This document shows positions 36,001 through 46,444 of a stretch of 64,000 nucleotides of DNA, piece after piece; position 1 is the stretch's first letter, and each line of letters starts with the position of its first letter. The notes under the pieces are model-generated. The model saw only the letters and a program-made list of their open reading frames with translations. It was not told the origin of the DNA and made no database searches. The stretch spans positions 260,028,001-260,092,000 of the forward strand of contig OZ024743.1 of assembly GCA_964016885.1 (NCBI GenBank). Direction: 5' to 3'. A program made the position numbers and the translations under genes. The stretch is from Eledone cirrhosa. Its lineage: Eukaryota.

Positions 36001-39000
36001 ACCAACACGATCATCAGCACTAACAATAACACCAGAAACACCAACATTACCAACACGATCATCAGCACTAACAACAACACCAGTAACACCAACATTACCA
36101 ACACGATTATCAGCACTAACAATAACACCAGTAACACCAACATTAGCAACACGATCATCAGCACTAACAACAACATCAGTAACTCCAACATTACCAACAC
36201 GAACATCAGCACTAACAACAACACCAGTAACACCAACATTACCAACACGATCATCAGCACTAACAATAACACCAGTAACACCAACATTACCAACACGATC
36301 ATCAGCACTAACAACAACACCAGTAACACCAACATTACCAACACGATCATCAGCACTAACAATAACATCAGTAACACCAACATTACCAACACGATCATCA
36401 GCACTAACAACAACAACAGTAACACCAACATTACCAACACGATCATCAGCACTAACATCAGTAACACCAACATTACCAACACGATCATCAGCACTAACAA
36501 TAACACCAAGAACACCAACATTACCAACACGATCATCAGCACTAACAACAACACCAGTAAGACCAACATTACCAACACGATCATCAGCACTAACAACAAC
36601 AGCAGTAACACCAACATTACCAACACGATCATCAGCACTAACAACAACACCAGTAACACCAACATTACCAACACGATCATCAGCACTAACAACAACAACA
36701 GTAACACCAACATTACCATCACGATCATCAGCACTAACAATAACAACAGTAACACCAACATTACCAACACGATCATCAGCACTAACAACAACAACAATAA
36801 CACCAACATTACCAACACGATCATCAGCACTAACAACAACACCAGTAACACCAACATTACCAACACGATCATCAGCACTAACAACAACGCCAGTAACACC
36901 AACATTACCAACACGATCATCAACACTAACAACAACACCAGTAACACCAACATTACCAACACGTTCATCAACACTAACAACAACAACAGTAACACCAACA
37001 TTACCAACACGATCATCAACACTAACAACAACAACAGTAACACCAACATTACCAACACGATCATCAGCACTAACAATAACTCCAGTAACATCAACATTAC
37101 AAACACGATCATCAGCACTAACAACAACACCAGTAACACCAACATTACCAACACGATCATCAACACTAACAACAACACCAGTAACACCAACATTACCAAC
37201 ACTATCATCAACACTAACAACAACACCAGTATCACCAACATTACCAACACGATCATCAACACTAACAACAACAACAGTAACACCAACATTACCAACACGA
37301 TCATCAGCACTAACAACAACAACAGTAACACCAACATTACCAACACGATCATCAGCACTAACAACAACTCAGTAACACCAACATTACCAACACGATCATC
37401 AGCACTAACAACAACACCAGTAACACAAACATTACCAACACGATCATCAGCACTAACAACAACAGTAGTAACACCAACATTACCAACACGATCATCAGCA
37501 CTAACAACAACACCAGTAACGCCAACATTACCAACACGATCATCAGCACTAACAACAACAACAGTAACACCAACATTACCAACACCATCATCAGCACTAA
37601 CAACATCAACAGTAACACCAACATTACCAACACGATCATCAGCACTAACAACAACAACAGTAACACCAACATTACCAACACGATCATCAACACTAACAAC
37701 AACAACAGTAACATCAACATTACCAACACGATCATCAGCACTAACAATAACTCCAGTAACATCAACATTACAAACACGATCATCAGCACTAACAACAACA
37801 ACAGTAACACCAACATTACCAACACGAACATCAGCACTAACAACAACAACAGTAACACTAACATTACCAACACGATCATCAGCACTAACAACAACACAGT
37901 AACACCAACATTACCAACACGAACATCAGCACTAACAACAACAACAGTAACACCAACATTACCAACACGATCATCAGCACTAACAACAGTAACACCAACA
38001 TTACCAACACGATCATCAGCACTAACAACAGTAACACCAACATTACCAACACCATCATCAGCACTAACAACAACACCAGTAACACCAACATTACCAACAT
38101 GATCATCAGCACTAACAACAACACCAGTAACACCAACATTACCAACATGATCATCAGCACTAACAACAACACCAGTAACACCAACATTACCAACATGATC
38201 ATCAGCACTAACAACAACAACAGTAACACCAACATTACCAACACGATCATCAGTACTAACAACAACAACAGTAACACCAACATTACCAACATGATCATCA
38301 GCACTAACAACAACAACAGTAACACCAACATTACCAACACGATCATCAGTACTAACAACAACAACAGTAACACCAACATTACCAACATGATCATCAGCAC
38401 TAACAACAACAACAGTAACACCAACAATACCAACACGATCATCAACACTAACAACAACATCAGTAACACCAACATTTCCAACACGATCATCAGCACTAAC
38501 AACAACACCAGTAACACCAACATTACCAACATGATCATCAGCACTAACAACAACAACAGTAACACCAACATTACCAACACGATCATCAACACTAACAACA
38601 ACATCAGTAACACCAACATTTCCAACACGATCATCAGCACTAACAACAACAACAGTAACACCAACATTACCAACACGATCATCAACACTAACAACAACAC
38701 CAGTAACACCAACATTTCCAACACGATCATCAGCACTAACAACAACACCAGTAACACCAACATTACCAACACGATCATCAGCACTAACAACAACAACTGT
38801 AACACCAACATTACCAACACGATCATCAGCACTAACAACAACAACAGTAACACCAACATTACCAACACGATCATCAGCACTAACAACAACAACAATAACA
38901 CCAACATTACCAACACGATCATCAGCACTAACAACAACACCAGTAACACCAACATTACCAACACGATCATCAGCACTAACAACAACACCAGTAACACCAA

Positions 39001-42000
39001 CATTACCAACACGATCATCAACACTAACAACAACACCAGTAACACCAACATTACCAACACGTTCATCAACACTAACAACAACAACAGTAACACCAACATT
39101 ACCAACACGATCATCAACACTAACAACAACAACAGTAACACCAACATTACCAACACTATCATCAGCACTAACAATAACTCCAGTAACATCAACATTACAA
39201 ACACGATCATCAGCACTAACAACAACACCAGTAACACCAACATTACCAACACGATCATCAACACTAACAACAACACCAGTAACACTAACATTACCAACAC
39301 GATCATCAACACTAACAACAACACCAGTATCACCAACATTACCAACACGATCATCAACACTAACAACAACAACAGTAACACCAACATTACCAACACGATC
39401 ATCAGCACTAACAACAACAACAGTAACACCAACATTACCAACACGATCATCAGCACTAACAACAACTCAGTAACACCAACATTACCAACACGATCATCAG
39501 CACTAACAACAACACCAGTAACACAAACATTACCAACACGATCATCAGCACTAACAACAACAGTAGTAACACCAACATTACCAACACGATCATCAGCACT
39601 AACAACAACACCAGTAACGCCAACATTACCAACACGATCATCAGCACTAACAACAACAACAGTAACACCAACATTACCAACACCATCATCAGCACTAACA
39701 ACATCAACAGTAACACCAACATTACCAACACGATCATCAGCACTAACAACAACAACAGTAACACCAACATTACCAACACGATCATCAACACTAACAACAA
39801 CAACAGTAACATCAACATTACCAACACGATCATCAGCACTAACAATAACTCCAGTAACATCAACATTACAAACACGATCATCAGCACTAACAACAACAAC
39901 AGTAACACCAACATTACCAACACGAACATCAGCACTAACAACAACAACAGTAACACCAACATTACCAACACGATCATCAGCACTAACAACAACACAGTAA
40001 CACCAACATTACCAACACGAACATCAGCACTAACAACAACAACAGTAACACCAACATTACCAACACGAACATCAGCACTAACAACAACAACAGTAACACC
40101 AACATTACAAACACGATCATCAGCACTAACAACAACAACAGTAACACCAACATTACCAACACGAACATCAGCACTAACAACAACAACAGTAACACCAACA
40201 TTACCAACACGAACATCAGCACTAACAACAACAACAGTAACACCAACATTACCAACACGAACATCAGCACTAACAACAACAACAGTAACATCAACATTAC
40301 CAACACGATCATCAGCACTAACAATAACTCCAGTAACATCAACATTACAAACACGATCATCAGCACTAACAACAACAACAGTAACCCCAACATTACCAAC
40401 ATGATCATCAGCACTAACAACAAAATCAGTAACACCAACATTACCAACACGATCATCAGCACTAACAACAACAACAGTAACACCAACATTACCAACACGA
40501 TCATCAACACTAACAACAACATCAGTAACACCAACATTTCCAACACGATCATCAGCACTAAAAACAACAACAGTAACACCAACATCACCAACACGATCAT
40601 CAGCACTAACAACAACACCAGTAACACCAACATTACCAACATGATCATCAGCACTAACAACAAAATCAGTAACACCAACATCACCAACACGATCATCAGC
40701 ACTAACAACAACACCAGTAACACCAACATTACCAACATGATCATCAGCACTAAAAACAACAACAGTAACACCAACATCACCAACACGATCATCAGCACTA
40801 ACAACAACAACAGTAACCCCAACATTACCAACATGATCATCAGCACTAACAACAAAATCAGTAACACCAACATTACCAACACGATCATCAGCACTAACAA
40901 CAACAACAGTAACACCAACATTACCAACACGATCATCAGCACTAACAACAACAACAGTAACACCAACATTACCAACACGATCATCAGAACTAACAACAAC
41001 AACATTAACACCAACATTACCAACATGATCATCAGCACTAACAACACAACAGTAACACCAACATTACCAACACGATCATCAACACTAACAACAACATCAG
41101 TAACACCAACATTTCCAACACGATCATCAGCACTAACAACAACAACAGTAACACCAACATTACCAACACGATCATCAACACTAACAACAACACCAGTAAC
41201 ACCAACATTTCCAACACGATCATCAGCACTAACAACAACACCAGTAACACCAACATTACCAACACGATCATCAGCACTAACAACAACAACAGTAACCCCA
41301 ACATTACCAACACGATCATCAGCACTAACAACAACAACAGTAACACCAACATTACCAACACGATCATCAGCACTAACAACAACAACAATAACACCAACAT
41401 TACCAACACGATCATCAGCACTAACAACAACACCAGTAACACCAACATTACCAACACGATCATCAGCACTAACAACAACACCAGTAACACCAACATTACC
41501 AACACGATCATCAACACTAACAACAACACCAGTAACACCAACATTACCAACACGATCATCAACACTAACAACAACAACAGTAACACCAACAATACCAACA
41601 CGATCATCAGCACTAACAACAACAACAGTAACACCAACATTACCAACACGATCATCAGCACTAACAACAACAGCAGTAACACCAACATTACCAACACGAT
41701 CATCAGCACTAACAACAACAACAGTAACACCAACATTACCAACACGATCATCAGCACTAACAACAACACCAGTAACACCAACATTACCAACACGATCATC
41801 AACACTAACAACAACACCAGTAACACCAACATTACCAACACGATCATCAACACTAACAACAACACCAGTATCACCAACATTACCAACACGATCATCAACA
41901 CTAACAACAACAACAGTAACACCAACATTACCAACACGATCATCAGCACTAACAACAACAACAGTAACACCAACATTACCAACACGATCATCAGCACTAA

Positions 42001-42878
42001 CAACAACTCAGTAACACCAACATTACCAACACGATCATCAGCACTAACAATAACACCAGTAACACCAACATTACCAACACGATCATCAGCACTAACAACA
42101 ACAACAGTAACACCAACATTACCAACACGATCATCAGCACTAACAACAACTCAGTAACACCAACATTACCAACACGATCAGCAGCACTAACAACAACACC
42201 AGTAACACCAACATTACCAACACGATCATCAGCACTAACAACAACACCAGTAACACCAACATTACCAACACGATCATCAGCACTAACAACAACTCAGTAA
42301 CACCAACATTACCAACACGATCATCAGCACTAACAACAACTCAGTAACACCAACATTACCAACACGATCATCAGCACTAACAACAACAACAGTAACACCA
42401 ACATTACCAACACGATCATCAGCACTAACAACAACACCAGTAACATCAACATTACCAACACGATCATCAGCACTAACAACAACACCAGTAACACCAACAT
42501 TACCAACACGATCATCAGCACTAACAATAACAGTAACACCAACATTACCAACACGATCATCAGCACTAACAACAACACCAGTAACATCAACATTACCAAC
42601 ACGATCATCAGCACTAACAACAACAACAGTAACACCAACATTACCAACACGATCATCAGCACTAACAACAACACCAGTAACATCAACATTACCAACACGA
42701 TCATCAGCACTAACAACAACAACAGTAACCCCAACATTACCAACACGATCATCAGCACTAACAACAACACCAGTAACCCCAACATTACCAACACGATCAT
42801 CAGCACTAACAACAACAACAGTAACCCCAACATTACCAACACGATCATCAGCACTAACAATAACTCCAGTAACATCAA
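1..42878. repeat. Giant tandem minisatellite/satellite array, 48-bp consensus AGTAACACCAACATTACCAACACGATCATCAGCACTAACAACAACA(C/A/T)C, about 900 copies, open at the left window edge
   Basis: The period is read directly (unit starts at 1 and 49; 139 and 187). Length variants of 42/45/51 bp arise from loss or gain of AAC triplets. The + strand consensus has 22 A, 17 C, 6 T and 3 G, with one GATC and one CpG per unit. The array ends abruptly at ...GTAACATCAA (42878). Confidence 0.99.
19246..24450 (+). other. Longest uninterrupted Pro/Thr/Ser (mucin-like) reading-frame segment of the array, (VTPTLPTRSSALTTTP)n; coding status unproven
   Basis: Part of ORF 18073..24450: about 5.2 kb with no frameshift or stop in the PTS frame. 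No signal peptide or unique flanking domain is visible, and the same frame is broken by TGA and -1 deletions elsewhere. Confidence 0.15.
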
Positions 42879-42879
42879 T

Positions 42880-42997
42880 AGTTCAAATTCCGCCAAGATT
42901 AACTTTACCTTTCATCCTTACTGGGTCGATAAAATAAAGTACCCGTAATGCACTGGGTAATTGCTGACCTTGTGCCAAAAGTAGAAACAATTATTAT
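42880..42997 (+). mobile_element. 5'-truncated tRNA-derived SINE (octopus-type, CCTTTCATCCTT..GGGTCGATAAA core)
   Basis: Starts with B-box-like GTTCAAATTCC, followed by CCTTTCATCCTTACTGGGTCGATAAAATAAAGTACC. A near-identical second copy lies at ~60594-60693. It ends in a short ATT-rich tail. Confidence 0.75.
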
Positions 42998-43079
42998 AAA
43001 TATTTCTAGCGTAAACAATGAGCCCCTTGGTTTTGAAAATGAGAAGTGGCGATATCATGAAATCGAGAATGGGCTTTAT

Positions 43080-43265
43080 TAGCAAGGGAATGTTGTAAAG
43101 GACTTAACAGTTGAAGGTGTTGCGAAAGGCTTGAATGGCGAGTGAGTGTTGTAAATGGTTTGCTAGCGAGGAAGTGTTGTGAAGTTCTTATCTAACGAGA
43201 GTGTTGCTGTAGTAATTGACTAGTGAGGGAGTGTTGTGAAGGATTTCCTTGGCAAGAGTGTTTTA
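43080..43265. repeat. Degenerate ~28-bp tandem repeat (GAGTGTTG core), ~7 copies
   Basis: (G)TGTT(G) cores recur at about 43090, 43118, 43146, 43174, 43201, 43231 and 43258. Confidence 0.6.
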
Positions 43266-43489
43266 CTGCTGCTTCCCTTTAACTGTCACATGCATTTCCA
43301 TTAATCGATAGATGCAGTACTGCATCTAAAATCGAATGCTTGACTGATGTATCAAACATAGACAATCTAATGTCAAAATCATTGAACTTCAAAAATATCA
43401 AATCCAATTTGAAATGACGGAGTGGTCCGTAATAAACGTCCTCCTCCACTCCTGCTACCAGCAAAGCATCTGGGGTTCTCCTTTCTACA

Positions 43490-43895
43490 GAGAGGTGTAT
43501 CCTCACGAGGTGGAGAGAATCCGTTGTTGATCTCCTAAATCCGATCACAACAGCATCTCCTGATGTACTCGAGGTTTATCTGGGAGTGATGACTAATCTC
43601 TCGGTGGCTGAGGTCACAAGAGCAATTAAAGGGATCTAATGGAGCATCAATGCTGGGGAAATAAAATTCGACTGAGATGGATCGGGTGGCCTGGATCTCT
43701 GGAAAGACACCTAAGTAATGAATATTGAGAGTGATAATCCCAATTTTCAAAAGCAGAGACAAGAGTGATTGCTCCAATTTATAAAATGATCTCTTTGTTA
43801 AGCCGCTCCGATAAAGTGTATGCTAAGTCTCTGGTAAAGAGATGTAGGGATATTGTCGAGTCAAAGCTAGCTGACGAACAGCGTGGTTTTTACCC
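43490..43895 (+). mobile_element. Decayed RTE-clade LINE fragment (start of RT domain)
   Basis: Conceptual translation across stops and frameshifts gives ILTRWRE..DLLNP, VAEVTRAIKG, AWISGKTP, VIIPIFKSRDKSDCSN and ISLLSRSDKVYAKSLVKRCRDIVESKLADEQRGF. These match the conserved pre-RT motifs of RTE/CR1-type LINEs. Confidence 0.75.
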
Positions 43896-44219
43896 TAAAT
43901 TCCGCACAGCCAAATATTCACACAGCGGTCTCATAAGTTTCATGATTTTCAAAAGTTAAGAGAGATGGAGAAATGTGTTGCTATGCCCACTTGTAATTCA
44001 TATATATATATATATACATATGTATATGCGTGTGAGGGGGGGGGGTATGTGTGTGTGCAAATTAAGAAACACATTCGTAAACTTGTTATCCGTGATATCT
44101 GGAAATTGGTTGCTGGAAATAATTATTAGTTAAGTACTTATACTACAGATAAAATGTGCTGGCTATGTGGTGTACGAAATAACATCTTCGCACTCTATTG
44201 ACTCGACCCTATATTTTCA

Positions 44220-44550
44220 TGGGTGAGTGGATGGGTGGATAGATTGATACATGGATGGGCAGATAAGATATAAAGATAAATAGAGAGGGAGATAGAAAGA
44301 GAAAGAGTTTGACAGATAAAGAAAGACAGAGTCAGAGCGATAGACAGGCGCAGGAATGGATTTGGTGATGGATGGATAATTAGATAAGACATGTAGATAG
44401 ATGGTGGTGAGGAAGGAGAGAAAGAGATAGATAGACAGGCAGGCGCATGGATGGATGGATGGGCAGATGGATGAATGGATAAATAAATGAATGGATTGAT
44501 GAATAGATGGATGGATAGGTGTATGGATGGATTGATAGATGGTGGGATGA
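44220..44550. repeat. Degenerate (GGAT)n/(GATA)n compound microsatellite
   Basis: Direct reading; it explains the IHPS-rich spurious ORFs. Confidence 0.9.
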
Positions 44551-45367
44551 ATAACTTTCTGGTCCCAGCTAAGTGTTTCTCTTACATATTGGCGAAATAT
44601 TCTTAATGGTCCTCGCTCAACCAAACATGACTTATATAGGAGTCGCCGTTCTCCATTGATAAAGTAATGGCATTGCCGCTTAACTCTTTCCACTTCATAA
44701 TGTACACAAACAATTTACTTCCACTCCAGCTGACCTTCCATATTTAGACCCAGTCATCAAGTACGAACGATAAATTGATGGAAGAATGTAGGGAGGGATA
44801 TGTAGAGAAAAACTAATAAAATATGATGAATTACTATGAAGAATTAATAATCTTTTTTCATACATGAATTCTATAAGAACGCCTAAGAAGCCAATTAATG
44901 AAGCAAAAAAACAAAACATGTAGCATTTAAACTATTCAAAGGTTTAATTTGCCACAACAAAAGCATAATTTGGCAAAGTTGTTTGAATGTTCTGATCATA
45001 TAAGTAGATTTATTTGGTGTGTACTAAAACATTGATTTGTTGTGTCAGTAATTAAGATTTGAAAGAGCATTAACTGCCATACTCATTGATCATTTTAACT
45101 GAATAATACAGCCGGAAAAGAGCTTGTTTAAAAATCGACATTGTCAGAAAAAGAGAGAGCTTCAGTCTGAAGTTGACGTACTGGAAATACATATATACAA
45201 ATATAAAAATAGGTTTTGAAACAAGGTCTAGTGTTGTATCTTCTTCTCTTCTCTCAACTTTCTAAAGCTATATTCTTCTTTGTATCCCATACCAATAGTT
45301 TATTTATCTATCATTTCTTTATCGTTTTCTGACATCGCAACTCAACTATTTATTTTCTCCTACTCCG

Positions 45368-45385
45368 TCTCTCTCTCTCTCTCTC

Positions 45386-45418
<33 letters not shown>

Positions 45419-45481
45419 CACACCTGCGTACACACACACACACACACACACACACATTTGGGGGGGAAGGGGGGGGGGGGG
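45368..45481. repeat. (CT)n(CA)n microsatellite plus poly-G
   Basis: Direct reading. Confidence 0.95.
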
Positions 45482-45695
45482 TCTCGCTGCCAATAAAATC
45501 ACAGACACCAGTTGAGCTACTACAGTTTATTAGTTAAATAACTAATCCATTCATGGTTGTTTAATTGTTATATTTATTTCTAAAGGTCTAAGCAGTTTTC
45601 TCCTGTGTCCTTTACAATGTCTGTGTTCTCATGTATACATTAAAATAAATGCTTGTAATTTGAGGAAAGATTACATATTACTGCACTAGTGTAAG

Positions 45696-45769
45696 TGTGT
45701 GTCCATGAAATATATGTATATATTTCATGGACACACATTCGGACCTGGTGTATATTCACCAGGTCCGAA
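45696..45769. repeat. Two abutting inverted repeats (20-bp arms with 2-nt centre; 13-bp arms with 6-nt loop)
   Basis: TGTGTGTCCATGAAATATAT-gt-ATATATTTCATGGACACACA (45696-45737) is followed immediately by TTCGGACCTGGTG-tatatt-CACCAGGTCCGAA (45738-45769). Confidence 0.95.
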
Positions 45770-45849
45770 CACAAAGGAACCAAACTCCCACAGTCACTGC
45801 CTCCGTCTCTCCCGCTTTCGCCATCTCTCACTATAATGAGCGAATGGGG

Positions 45850-46050
45850 GTCCATACGCTGGCCGTCCCGCGGCCCCGGCGGACTGAATAGAGAAAGCGT
45901 TTCCCCGGAGTATGGTGAGGGAGACGCGCTGGAAGAGCCCTTCCAGCTCGAGAGGCTGGACACCAGAAGTGTCCATTGCTACGGGCTCGACTGCAAACCT
46001 GTCGGAGAGCGACTGATATCTTTCTCCTCTGTGTTTCGTCTTTGTTCTCA
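45850..46050 (-). mobile_element. 3' end fragment of a CRE-clade-like non-LTR retrotransposon (C-terminal REL-endonuclease region)
   Basis: Minus ORF 45794..46114 contains RYQSLSDRFAVEPVAMDTSG and LFQRVSLTILRGNAFSI, resembling the CRE C-terminal pattern KY..L....F.P.A.ET.G...FQR.S...QRGNA, with an apparent internal deletion. The region is locally GC- and CpG-rich. Confidence 0.6.
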
Positions 46051-46104
46051 TCTTGTATTTACTCCATTTTGTTGTTGTTGTTATCCATATGATACACACG
46101 TCAC

Positions 46105-46380
46105 ACGTTTGCAATCCCGGAATACCTCAATTCCTCCCTATTTTAAATTGCCCATATATTAATAGTTCGCCCTATCACCATATTAACACGAGATACCATT
46201 TTAAACTTCAATAATTGTATAGTCCAGGGGTTATCAGAGATCCAAGTCACATTTCTCACCTTGCAATCCCGAATTTCCTCAACTTCTCCCTATTTTGAAT
46301 TGCCATCTAGTGCCTTTTCACCCAAACACCATGTTAACGTGAGCAGGCTTTTTAAACCTCAATAATTGCGTTGTCCCAAA
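46105..46380. repeat. Diverged ~152-bp tandem duplication
   Basis: GCAATCCCGGAATACCTCAATTCCTCCCTATTTTAAATTGCC at 46111 matches GCAATCCCGAATTTCCTCAACTTCTCCCTATTTTGAATTGCC at 46263. Downstream CACCAT.TTAAC and TTTTAAAC.TCAATAATTG also recur. Confidence 0.85.
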
Positions 46381-46444
46381 CATGATTAATTCTAAAGCAG
46401 CATTTTTTTTTTTTTTTTCGTGAACTGTTAATTTGGAATCATTC

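Noticed and set aside
1-42878. CRISPR array or telomeric repeat
   Set aside because: Units are contiguous with no unique spacers, there are no cas genes, the context is eukaryotic, and there is no TTAGGG-type short unit.
1-42878. Lack of stops in the Asn/Thr frame, and P/T/S/A toggling in the PTS frame, as proof of selection
   Set aside because: No consensus codon of the Asn/Thr frame is one substitution from a stop, and first-position changes in NCA codons can only give P/T/S/A. Both patterns are expected neutrally.
942-42896. Very long Leu/Val/Met/Ile minus-strand ORFs resembling membrane proteins
   Set aside because: They are a direct consequence of the T/G-rich reverse complement of the repeat. 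They have almost no charged or polar residues or loops, so they are not plausible proteins.
44580-44800. Possible host exon on the minus strand (GTAAG donor at 44585-44581)
   Set aside because: No recognisable protein similarity or clear acceptor; cannot be supported without RNA data.
45840-46030. Housekeeping ncRNA gene (RNase P/MRP, 7SK, snRNA, telomerase RNA)
   Set aside because: No hallmark motifs were recognised; the minus-strand translation fits a CRE-like remnant better.
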